A stretch of DNA of 58,007 nucleotides from positions 1 through 58,007 of IMG/VR virus record IMGVR_UViG_3300028588_000795. One strand, 5' to 3'. The DNA is from a virus. Its lineage: Duplodnaviria > Caudoviricetes. Shown here piece by piece: positions 35,204 through 43,332 of the stretch (the stretch's first letter is position 1; each line of letters begins with the position of its first letter). A program made the translations under genes and the position numbers. A model generated the notes under the pieces. It was not told where the DNA came from and ran no database searches. It was given only the letters and a program-made list of their open reading frames with translations.

Positions 35204-35365
35204 ATGGCAGATGTAAAAAAAGTGAAAGCGCGAGTCCTGGTGGACGGTGCGCACGGCAAGTGCAACGACGTGATCGAGATCGACGCAGCCCAGGTCAAAG
35301 CGCTGGCCGGCGTGGTCGATGCCGACCCGGAAGCGGTCGCCTACGCAGAATCGCTCGCCAAATAA
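35204..35365 (+). CDS. Small post-capsid protein (53 aa)
   Basis: GGAG RBS; MADVKKVKARVL...AVAYAESLAK, read manually. Confidence 0.65.
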   Translation: MADVKKVKARVLVDGAHGKCNDVIEIDAAQVKALAGVVDADPEAVAYAESLAK

Positions 35366-35367
35366 TC

Positions 35368-35553
35368 ATGCGGCCCGAAACCGCATCCTGGCTCGCCAAG
35401 CTGCGCGCCGATGCGGCGCCGCCGGGCACTGCCTTCGTCATCGTTCGCGGCCCGGCCGGCGCGGTGGCGATTCCCCCTGACGAAATCGTCGGCAAGTCCG
35501 ATGAGGAGCTGCTGGTCTTCATTGGACAGCGGCTCACTGAATCACGAACCTGA
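35368..35553 (+). CDS. Small hypothetical protein
   Basis: ATG 2 nt after the previous stop. Confidence 0.5.
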   Translation: MRPETASWLAKLRADAAPPGTAFVIVRGPAGAVAIPPDEIVGKSDEELLVFIGQRLTESRT

Positions 35554-35562
35554 AAGGCCGCC

Positions 35563-35982
35563 ATGGCATCGACCGCATACGACAGCTACCTCGACGACGT
35601 CCTGGCCGGCAATATCACCAAGGGCGACACGTACTACGTGATGCTGGTCGGCTCGGGCTACACCGAGAACAAGGGCGCCCACACGAAGCGCTCGGACATC
35701 ACCAGCGAAGTGAGCGGCGCCGGCTACACCGCCGGCGGCCAGGCCATCGTGCCGACCTTCGCCAAGGACACGAGCAACCACCGGGTTGTCGTCACCTTCC
35801 CGCAGGTCGCCTGGGCCAACTCGACCATCACCGCGCGCAAGGCCGTCTACTACAAGCGGCGCGGCGGCGCGGCATCCGCCGACGAACTGGTTTGCGTCGA
35901 TGACTTCGGCGCAGATGTCACCACCAGCGCAGGTACGTTCACGCTGAGCGCTACCACCATCACCCTCAACACCCCGGCCTAA
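35563..35982 (+). CDS. Virion structural protein (fibre/decoration-associated)
   Basis: Thr-rich beta protein, EVSGAGYTAGG. Confidence 0.7.
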   Translation: MASTAYDSYLDDVLAGNITKGDTYYVMLVGSGYTENKGAHTKRSDITSEVSGAGYTAGGQAIVPTFAKDTSNHRVVVTFPQVAWANSTITARKAVYYKRRGGAASADELVCVDDFGADVTTSAGTFTLSATTITLNTPA

Positions 35983-35985
35983 AGC

Positions 35986-38250
35986 ATGAAATTCTTCGAT
36001 CGCGTAAAGACCACTACGACATCGGCCGGTACCGGCGCGATCACCTGCAGCGCGACCGCCACGTCGACCGAGTTGCGCACGCTGGCTGGCGCCGGCGCCG
36101 CGGTGGGCGATGTCTTTCCGTATGAGATCGGCATTGCTGGGTCTGCGGAATGGGAGGGCGGGCTCGGCACGATCACCGCGATCAGCTCCGGTGCCGTCAC
36201 GTTCTCGCGCACCCCGACCGCCAGCTCGAACGCCGGCGCGCTGGTCAATTTCAGCGCTGGCGCCAAGGAAGTCGTGTGCACACCGCTGGGCTCGACGCTG
36301 ACGAAGTGGGAAAACGGCACCTCGGCACGGCTGGTGTTTGCGTCGTCGCTGCTCGTGAGTGACAGCACGCTTGGCATGACGCCGTCGCCCGGCGTGGACC
36401 AGGCGGCGAAGGCTCAGGCGCTGCTCGACCTGGCTGCGAACGGCCCGTTGACTCTGATCTGGGACGTCGCCTGTAGCCTGGGCTCGACGCTGCGAGCGCG
36501 GAGCAATACGGCTGTCAAGGCGCTGCACAATTGCGGCGCCGTCATGCTCGCCAAGAGCAATGTGCCCATGTGGCGCAACTACAATCCGACGAAGTCGCCA
36601 GGCTCGATCGTCGATCAGAACATCAGTTTCGAGGGTGGTATCTGGCACGGCAACCTGGGCACGATGACCGCGAGCGACCAGGTCACGCTGTTCGACTTCT
36701 ACGGCGTGAACAACATCTCTGCCGGCGGTGGCATCGAATTCCGCAAGCCGGCAGGTTTCGCTTTCCGTGTCACAAACGCGGTGCGCATTACGGTGGACGG
36801 CTACGTGGTCGACCATGGCGTCGGCAATACGATGGTCAGTACGGACGGCATCCACGTCAACGGCCCGGCCAGCCATATCCGGATCGCCCGCGGTCGTCAC
36901 TACAACGGCGCGGACGACGGGATCGCCCTGAACGCCGATGACGGCTGGGGGGCGATCACGCCAGGACCGCTCGATGGTTCGTACGGCGCGATCACGGATG
37001 TAACGATCGATGATATCGAATTCCAGACCAATGTCTGCGGCGTTCGCCTGCTTTCGGGAGGCTCGCCCATCGACAACGTCAGCATCAGCAACATCAAGGG
37101 CAAGACCGGCGCCTATACCTTCGTGGCCGACAATTTCAATCCGGCGCAGACCCAGCAAACCGGGCCGGGCAATATCGGCACTGTTCGGCTGAGCAACGTC
37201 GCGACGGAGAACGTCCCGGTCAGCGGCTGGGGCAAGATGGCCGTGCACCTCAACTGCAAGATTGGTCAGTTCATCTTCGAGAACGTCACCAAGTCGAAGC
37301 TCAACAACGAGCTCTTCCCATCGCTGCGCATCGGCGAAAAGGCCGACATCGGCCAGCTGGTGATCGACAAGTACATCAGCCGCCCGACCAATGGCGCGAC
37401 GTACTTGACCAAGCAGATCCACTTCGTGGCTGGCTCGAAAGTTGGCCAGGTGATGGTCGCGAACTCGATGTTCTACGCGCCCTCGGCGGTGACGGGTTGC
37501 CCGATCTCCATCGAGAGCGGCGCGACCATCGACCAGATGATGCTGGTTGGCAATGTCGGTCGCAACTTCACCGATTTTGTCGAGAACGCGGGATCAGTCG
37601 GCAGCCTGAGCATGCCCGCGGCGCAGAACGTCATGAGTGCCGGTTCGAGCTGGGCATTTGAGCAGGGCTTCAGCGAGCAGTCTTCGAGCAGCATCACCTA
37701 CACCGGGTCAGGCGCGACCTTCCTCGGCGTCAAAGTTGCGCGCAAGGTGGCGAGTGACTCCTACAACGGCAACGTCCAGGTCAGCGACACCGTCACCTTC
37801 ACCGGCACCGTCCGCGAGGCGATGAACGCTGCCTTGCTGGCGCGCGGCACGAATCTGCAGCCCTACAACGGCTCGACCCGTCAAGCCTACGTCTTGGACG
37901 TGAACAAAGCCGGCAACATCGTCACGCTGCAACGCTCCATCGGCGGTAACGACACGGTGATCGGCCAGGTGACGGTCGGCGGCGCCGGGATTGAGATGGG
38001 CACAGCCTACCGGTGTTCGTTGACGGCCAAAGATACCGCCATCTCGGCTCGCATCCAGCGTGTGAGTGACGGCTATTACCTGCAGCCGAATGGCACTTTC
38101 GCTACTACCGCAGTCGATTGTTGCGCGGGTACCGATGCCGGGATCCCGGCTTCGGCCGGTCAAGCTGGCGTCTATGCGTACACGCTCAACAACGACGGCT
38201 CCGCGTCTGGCATTACGTACACCAACTTCAACGTCGCTGCGGCGCCATAA
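35986..38250 (+). CDS. Fibre/spike with pectin-lyase-like (GH28-like) beta-helix and C-terminal lectin-like domain
   Basis: Fibre N-terminus DRVKTTTT..GTG..EWE.G.GT; TDGIH, ADDGIA, GVRLLS; repetitive N/I/S beta-helix pattern. Confidence 0.75.
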   Translation: MKFFDRVKTTTTSAGTGAITCSATATSTELRTLAGAGAAVGDVFPYEIGIAGSAEWEGGLGTITAISSGAVTFSRTPTASSNAGALVNFSAGAKEVVCTPLGSTLTKWENGTSARLVFASSLLVSDSTLGMTPSPGVDQAAKAQALLDLAANGPLTLIWDVACSLGSTLRARSNTAVKALHNCGAVMLAKSNVPMWRNYNPTKSPGSIVDQNISFEGGIWHGNLGTMTASDQVTLFDFYGVNNISAGGGIEFRKPAGFAFRVTNAVRITVDGYVVDHGVGNTMVSTDGIHVNGPASHIRIARGRHYNGADDGIALNADDGWGAITPGPLDGSYGAITDVTIDDIEFQTNVCGVRLLSGGSPIDNVSISNIKGKTGAYTFVADNFNPAQTQQTGPGNIGTVRLSNVATENVPVSGWGKMAVHLNCKIGQFIFENVTKSKLNNELFPSLRIGEKADIGQLVIDKYISRPTNGATYLTKQIHFVAGSKVGQVMVANSMFYAPSAVTGCPISIESGATIDQMMLVGNVGRNFTDFVENAGSVGSLSMPAAQNVMSAGSSWAFEQGFSEQSSSSITYTGSGATFLGVKVARKVASDSYNGNVQVSDTVTFTGTVREAMNAALLARGTNLQPYNGSTRQAYVLDVNKAGNIVTLQRSIGGNDTVIGQVTVGGAGIEMGTAYRCSLTAKDTAISARIQRVSDGYYLQPNGTFATTAVDCCAGTDAGIPASAGQAGVYAYTLNNDGSASGITYTNFNVAAAP

Positions 38251-38253
38251 CCC

Positions 38254-38727
38254 ATGCTCGGATACTCGCCAATTGGAGTAGCGCCCATCGGGGCGGTGAC
38301 GGCTGCGGCGGCCAGCGGCAACGCGTCGGCTGCCGGCGCGGCCCTGATGGCGACAAGCAGCATGGCCGGCGGTTCCGCGGTCGGCCAGATCGCTGCCGTT
38401 GCTCTCGGCGCGGCACTGGTGGCAACGTCCAGCATGGCGGGCGGCCCGGCGTCCGGCGCCTCGGCTGGCGTCGCCGGCGGCGCGCAACTGGTTGCGACCA
38501 GCAGCATGGCGCCGGGTAGCGCGTCGGGCGCTAGGTCGGCGACAGCGAGCGGCGCTTCGCTGTCCGCGCTGAGCGGCATGTTGGCAGGCGCTGCGATCGG
38601 CGGATCCTCGGGCGGCACTGCTCCCTTGCCAGATGCATCAAAAATATCGTCTTTCCGTACCGTGAACTTCGGAGGCGGAACGAACCGCGTCGGATTCGAC
38701 GGCGGGACAAACAGGGTGATTTTCTAA
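38254..38727 (+). CDS. Ala/Gly/Ser-rich repeat fibre protein
   Basis: Repeats GAxLxATSSMAxG x3-4. Confidence 0.65.
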   Translation: MLGYSPIGVAPIGAVTAAAASGNASAAGAALMATSSMAGGSAVGQIAAVALGAALVATSSMAGGPASGASAGVAGGAQLVATSSMAPGSASGARSATASGASLSALSGMLAGAAIGGSSGGTAPLPDASKISSFRTVNFGGGTNRVGFDGGTNRVIF

Positions 38728-39059
38728 TGTCTGATCCAACGTTTGCAAACGGGAAGTGGACCGTCCCGAAGGACCCGGACGACATCCGGTTCTACAAATT
38801 CGGCTTCGGCAAGGACCTGGCGGATTCGAACACGACACCTCATCCGACTCGCCCGCCGATCGCGATCTGCGCTGGCGTAAGCCTTGCGACGCACCCGGAT
38901 GGCATGGCCAATCTCTCGGTGTCCGGCACTGACGTTATCGCATACCTCGGCGGCCTGGACCTGAATGCCGCCGCGGCCAACTTCTGCACGATTCGCCTGT
39001 TTTGCGCGAACGGAGAGCAGATCGACCGCACGATGTGGTTTGCGCGCGAGGACCACTGA
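38727..39059 (+). CDS. Fibre adaptor-like protein
   Basis: KDPDD..Y.F..W/L...G..IDRT pattern. Confidence 0.6.
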   Translation: MSDPTFANGKWTVPKDPDDIRFYKFGFGKDLADSNTTPHPTRPPIAICAGVSLATHPDGMANLSVSGTDVIAYLGGLDLNAAAANFCTIRLFCANGEQIDRTMWFAREDH

Positions 39060-39253
39060 TGGGCGAGCCAACCTACCCGATCAAGTACCAGAGCGCGCCG
39101 GGCGTCACGCTGGCGAAGGCGCTGGTCCCGATGCAGAACATGTCCCACGGTGAGCCGCCGGGCGCGCCGATCGAATACGCTCGCGCGCCGGCGGCGACTG
39201 GCTCTCCGCCCATCGGCGATCGGCCGCCAGCAACACAGAGGAGTACCCGATGA
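39059..39253 (+). CDS. Small Pro-rich hypothetical protein
   Basis: Coupled on both sides. Confidence 0.45.
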   Translation: MGEPTYPIKYQSAPGVTLAKALVPMQNMSHGEPPGAPIEYARAPAATGSPPIGDRPPATQRSTR

Positions 39254-39816
39254 GCTTCAGACTCGTTGAGAAACCGACCGCGCTGGCCGTGCCGATGAAG
39301 GAGGCGCAGTCGAGCGCACGCGCCGACGTCGCCGCCGACGGCACTTCAGCACTGGATGCGGACATCGTGCGCGCCATCCGGACCTATACCACGGAAGCCG
39401 AGACCGAAACGAACCGTCTCATCCTGGAGCAGACCTGGACGCTGACACTCGATGCGTTCCCGCGCGAACGATCGATCAAGCTGCACAAGCCGCCGCTGCT
39501 GGCCGTCGAACACGTGAAGTTCTACGACGTTGACGGCGTGCAGCGCATGCTGGATCCGGCAGATTTCCAAGTCGACCTCAATACCGACCCGGGCTACATC
39601 GTGCTCGCGCCCGGGCGAGCCTGGCCGACGACGGCCAACATGATCGGCGCGGTCGAGATTCGGTTCCGCTGCGGCTACGGCTCGACGCCTGACGCGGTGC
39701 CCGACGGGATTTCGGGCTTCATCCTGGCGCGCGTGCAGGAGCACTTCGAGACCGGCGGCCAGCCGAAGAACGAGTACATCAAGCGGCTGCTGTGGGGGGA
39801 GGTGTTCTACGCATGA
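39250..39816 (+). CDS. Head-tail connector (phiE125 gp8-like)
   Basis: AETETNR.I..QTW.LTLDAFP, PPL, VEIRFRCGYG..VP. Confidence 0.88.
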   Translation: MSFRLVEKPTALAVPMKEAQSSARADVAADGTSALDADIVRAIRTYTTEAETETNRLILEQTWTLTLDAFPRERSIKLHKPPLLAVEHVKFYDVDGVQRMLDPADFQVDLNTDPGYIVLAPGRAWPTTANMIGAVEIRFRCGYGSTPDAVPDGISGFILARVQEHFETGGQPKNEYIKRLLWGEVFYA

Positions 39817-40121
39817 CGATGAACCACCGATTTACTCTGCTGCAGCCGCCGGCCGGCCGGGACGCCGCGGGGCAGGTCAACGGCGACTGGACGGCGCTGC
39901 CAGAGCGCTGGGGTGACGTGCTGTTCCAGACAGGTGCCGAGACGATGCGCGCGAATACCGAGGTGGTGATCAAGCGCTGCTCGATCCGGGCGAACTACGA
40001 CCCGGCCGTCAACGAGTCCTGGCGCGCGCGGTACCTGGGCGTCGAATACGAGATCAAGTCAGCCGTGCCGGACTCGAAGGACCGCCGGAAGATGTTCCTG
40101 GTCTGCGAGAGCGTCAGGTGA
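39813..40121 (+). CDS. Head closure / head-tail adaptor
   Basis: RDAAGQ...W, YEIKSAVPD; position. Confidence 0.85.
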   Translation: MTMNHRFTLLQPPAGRDAAGQVNGDWTALPERWGDVLFQTGAETMRANTEVVIKRCSIRANYDPAVNESWRARYLGVEYEIKSAVPDSKDRRKMFLVCESVR

Positions 40122-40627
40122 TCGGGTTCGACACCTCGGACCTGCTGCGCGCCGTGCAGGACACCATCGGTCAGGTGACGCCGGACGAAAGCACGCTGCG
40201 CTCGGTGGGTGTCGCCGGTGCCGGCGTCTTCCGCGAAGAGGCGAAGCACAACGCGGCTTCGCACGCCAAGACCTGGACGATCCACCGAAACATCATCATG
40301 AAACATCTGCCGGAGGATTCCGATGGCGCCCAGCGGCAGGTCTACCTGGTCACCGTCCGGAAGGGCGGCTACGGCGGCAGCGACGCGTTCTACTGGCGCT
40401 TCGTCGAGGAGGGGCACAAGTTCGTCCCGAAAAACACGAAGATCGGCAAGCGCGGCAACAAGATCGGCTGGGCGGCGCACCGGCGTGCCGCTGAGCTGGA
40501 GTACGGCACCGCGAGCGCTCCGGCTTACCCGTTCATGCGCCCCGCATACGACAGCCGCAAGGGCGATGCGATGAATGCCATGACGCTCCAGTTGAAGGAA
40601 CAACTCGTGAGGAATGCAACCCAATGA
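40118..40627 (+). CDS. HK97 gp10-family neck protein
   Basis: FYWRFVEEG, EYGTASAPAYPFMRPAYD. Confidence 0.9.
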   Translation: MIGFDTSDLLRAVQDTIGQVTPDESTLRSVGVAGAGVFREEAKHNAASHAKTWTIHRNIIMKHLPEDSDGAQRQVYLVTVRKGGYGGSDAFYWRFVEEGHKFVPKNTKIGKRGNKIGWAAHRRAAELEYGTASAPAYPFMRPAYDSRKGDAMNAMTLQLKEQLVRNATQ

Positions 40628-40974
40628 CCGTCCACGTTGAAGTGTGCGTAGCCCTGCGCGGCCTGGCCGGCGACCGGGTGTTCCCGCTAATGGCCGATGA
40701 GGGTACACAAACACCGTACATCGTCTACCAGGTGGTGGGCGGCGACGCCCAGGAGTACCTGAGCGGCGAGAAGCCCGAGAAGAAGCAGCGCCGCGTACAG
40801 GTCAAGGTGTGGTCCAAGTCGACCATCGAGGCCGCGCAGATCGCCGAGCAGGTGGAGGACGCGCTTCGCGCTGCGGTCGACCTGCAGCCCCAAGTCCTGA
40901 CGGTACCGATCGACACCTTCGACGAGACCACAAAATATCGCGGCCAGATGCAGGACTTCTACCTGTTCTGCTGA
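40624..40974 (+). CDS. DUF3168 tail terminator
   Basis: RVFP..TPYIVYQ..RVQVKVWS. Confidence 0.85.
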   Translation: MTVHVEVCVALRGLAGDRVFPLMADEGTQTPYIVYQVVGGDAQEYLSGEKPEKKQRRVQVKVWSKSTIEAAQIAEQVEDALRAAVDLQPQVLTVPIDTFDETTKYRGQMQDFYLFC

Positions 40975-40992
40975 TCGCTCCTCCTAATTCAG

Positions 40993-41022
40993 GCCGCCCC
41001 GAGCAATCTGGGCGGCTTTTTT
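40993..41022 (+). terminator. Terminator-like hairpin
   Basis: GCCGCCC...GGGCGGC-TTTTTT. Confidence 0.65.
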
Positions 41023-41060
41023 CATGCCCGGCTTCCGGGCTCTTTACTTGAAAGGCCCAC

Positions 41061-41693
41061 ATGCAACTGCCCAATAACATCGCCTTCGCGGTGGCAAGCG
41101 CTTTCGCCATCGCGGTCAGTATCACCGCGGCGACCAACGCCTCCGAAGCCGTGTGCACCGCAACCAACACCTTCGCGAATGGCGATTTCATCGAATACAC
41201 CGGCGGCTGGAGCAAGGCCAATGGTCGCGTGTTTCGCGTGAAGGCGGTATCCGGCACCAGCTTCACCATCGAAGGCCTGGATACCACCGACACCTCGCTG
41301 TTCCCGGCCGGCGCCGGCGCGGGCTCCGTGCGCAAGGTCACCACCTGGGTGCCGATCGTCAAGGTCACCGCTGCCGACATCTCCGGCGGCGACGGCAAGT
41401 TTTCCGAGGTGCCGCTGCTGGACACCGACATGCCTGTCTCGCTGCCGGATGGCTTCACGTCGACGACTGTCGCGCTGACGATCGCCGATGAGCCGACCGC
41501 GCCGCACCACGCAGCCCTCAAGGCGATTTCGGACGGCGTCAAGCTGACCTGCCTGCGCGGTGTGCTGCCGAATGGCGGCGTGTTGCTGTACGCCGGCTAC
41601 TGCTCGTTCAACGAGTCGCCCAGCCTGGCCAAGGGCAGCGTCATGGCGGTCAAGGCCACGTTCTCGCTGCAGAACAAGGTCGTCCGCTACTGA
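41061..41693 (+). CDS. Major tail tube protein
   Basis: LPN..ITAATNA, GWSKANGRVFRV, SFNESP; position. Confidence 0.9.
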   Translation: MQLPNNIAFAVASAFAIAVSITAATNASEAVCTATNTFANGDFIEYTGGWSKANGRVFRVKAVSGTSFTIEGLDTTDTSLFPAGAGAGSVRKVTTWVPIVKVTAADISGGDGKFSEVPLLDTDMPVSLPDGFTSTTVALTIADEPTAPHHAALKAISDGVKLTCLRGVLPNGGVLLYAGYCSFNESPSLAKGSVMAVKATFSLQNKVVRY

Positions 41694-41798
41694 TCCCGTA
41701 GCTGTTTTGCCAGCTGGCGCCGAACAGTCGGTGCCAGCCTTTACGCCGCGGGGTAGCTCCTCGCGGTCTTTTTGTCCACATTCTCGAAAGACAACATC

Positions 41799-42113
41799 AT
41801 GGCAAAGAAATTCTCCCTCGTCCCATCGCCGACTTTCAAGGCATCCGTCTCGATCCAGGTCCCGGGCGGGCGCAGCGTCCAGGTCGAATTCATTTTCAAG
41901 CACCGCACGCGCGACGAATTCAAGGAATTCACCGACACCCTCGAGGGTCGCAAGGACGTCGAAATCCTGCTGGACATCGCCAGCGGCTGGGAGCTCGAAG
42001 ACGCGTTCGAAGCCAAGAACCTGCAGCAGCTGGTCGACAACTACATGGGCGCCGGCCGCGCTGTGCTCGAGACCTACATCTCCGAACTGACGGCCGCGCG
42101 CGCAAAAAACTGA
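41799..42113 (+). CDS. Tail assembly chaperone G
   Basis: PTFKASV.I.VPG, FKHR, GWEL; ends at a slippery site. Confidence 0.88.
   Translation: MAKKFSLVPSPTFKASVSIQVPGGRSVQVEFIFKHRTRDEFKEFTDTLEGRKDVEILLDIASGWELEDAFEAKNLQQLVDNYMGAGRAVLETYISELTAARAKN
42104..42110 (+). other. -1 programmed frameshift site A AAA AAC (G/GT)
   Basis: GCA AAA AAC TGA; the -1 frame stays open to 42451. Confidence 0.85.
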
Positions 42114-42451
42114 TCGACGTTGCGACGGCCCTGTACACGTCGGACCCGACCGCCGAGGAGTTGGCGGTCGCCGGGCTGACGCCAGATGATGTCGCAACGT
42201 CGATTGAAGTGTGGCCCGAGAACTTCCGGGCGCTTGAGCTGTTCCGCGGACTTAAGACGCAGTGGCGCGCCGGGATGGGTGGGCCGACCGGACTCGACTA
42301 TTACGTCGCCTACCACCGGATGGACCGGATGGGGCTGACGTCGGCCGAGTACGAGCAACTCGACCAAGACCTGCAAATCATGGAAGCGGCGGCGCTGCAG
42401 GTAATGCATGAGCAAATTGAAGAACGAGCATCAAAAAGCAAAAACCCCTGA
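42110..42451 (+). CDS. Tail chaperone T portion (DUF1799-like), expressed by frameshift
   Basis: VWPEN, TQWR.G.GG.TGLDY, LQIMEAAAL. Confidence 0.85.
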   Translation: MIDVATALYTSDPTAEELAVAGLTPDDVATSIEVWPENFRALELFRGLKTQWRAGMGGPTGLDYYVAYHRMDRMGLTSAEYEQLDQDLQIMEAAALQVMHEQIEERASKSKNP

Positions 42452-42476
42452 CGCGCAAACGTTCAGGGGCTTTTTA
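42440..42476. terminator. Bidirectional terminator-like hairpin
   Basis: AAAAACCCCTGAC...GTTCAGGGGCTTTTT. Confidence 0.65.
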
Positions 42477-42508
42477 TTTCCTCCGTACTGACCTACGAAA
42501 GAACATAG

Positions 42509-42685
42509 ATGAATGATAGCACTAAACGGCCGGGAATCAAGCTGGCTATTGATTGGTTAAAGGGTCTCAGGATGGATATCCCACATAGCAAATGGGTCAT
42601 GTTTGCGATCGGCGTCTATGTCCTCGCAGCCGCATTTGACAAGATCGCCGCGGCTGTCGGCGCGCTCGCGCCGCTGCTGAAGTAA
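42509..42685 (+). CDS. 58-aa membrane peptide (moron)
   Basis: MNDSTKRPGIKLAIDWLKGLRMDIPHSKWVMFAIGVYVLAAAFDKIAAAVGALAPLLK, read manually; not in the ORF track. Confidence 0.6.
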   Translation: MNDSTKRPGIKLAIDWLKGLRMDIPHSKWVMFAIGVYVLAAAFDKIAAAVGALAPLLK

Positions 42686-42800
42686 GCGCGCGGAGGCCCT
42701 AATCCTTCACTTATGGGCACTCCATTCGCTGCCTCTAGAAATACGGGCGGCTATTTGCGCTGGTGTAATATTCCCCTCTTGGTAACTAGCGGAGGGGATA

Positions 42801-43277
42801 ATGCGCGGGGTAGCGAAAACTTATTGTGGGCGGCCGATGCCGTGGGTGGGGTTTGTATTTGGAGTGCTGCTCGTCTCCGGGTCATGCGCTGCTCAATCGA
42901 CGGCCGGGGCCTCAATCTCCGACTTGCCGGAGATTCGGACTCAGCGGTCAGGCCCAGCAAAGCCTGTCGCAGTTTGTGATGACTTAGCTAAAGCTGTGGA
43001 GGCGGGGGTGAAGGAAATGGCTTACTTCGAGCAGTCCGCGCTCGGTACGCCTGCGTCCGAGGTGACAAATCGAAGGCTGAGCATCGTAGCGGAGGCAAGC
43101 AAGGTGCAATCGAACTTGCTTTTGATGCAGTCAAATAAATGCCCAATGCCAAAGCAGTCGATCAATTCACGAGCCTACTTTAACAACGCCTTTGCGTGTG
43201 CTCACGCAATGCCTAAAGCAGGGACAGGTCCAATCCCAGAGTGCGATCGATCTACGTGGGTCAGATCCTCTGACTAG
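42801..43277 (+). CDS. Exported moron protein
   Basis: GGAGG RBS, signal-like hydrophobic stretch, Cys residues, own terminator. Confidence 0.65.
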   Translation: MRGVAKTYCGRPMPWVGFVFGVLLVSGSCAAQSTAGASISDLPEIRTQRSGPAKPVAVCDDLAKAVEAGVKEMAYFEQSALGTPASEVTNRRLSIVAEASKVQSNLLLMQSNKCPMPKQSINSRAYFNNAFACAHAMPKAGTGPIPECDRSTWVRSSD

Positions 43278-43295
43278 AATTATTTTGAACAGATA

Positions 43296-43318
43296 AGCCA
43301 CCTTCGGGTGGCTTTTTT
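43296..43318 (+). terminator. Intrinsic terminator
   Basis: AGCCACC-TTCG-GGTGGCT-TTTT. Confidence 0.85.
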
Positions 43319-43332
43319 ATTATTGGCGCCCG

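Noticed and set aside
33941-37422. Long minus-strand ORFs 33941-35254 and 35542-37422
   Set aside because: Shadows of the capsid and fibre genes caused by codon bias.
42104-42113. G/GT frameshift as a novelty
   Set aside because: Real, but a standard feature of long-tailed phages; listed as a feature only.
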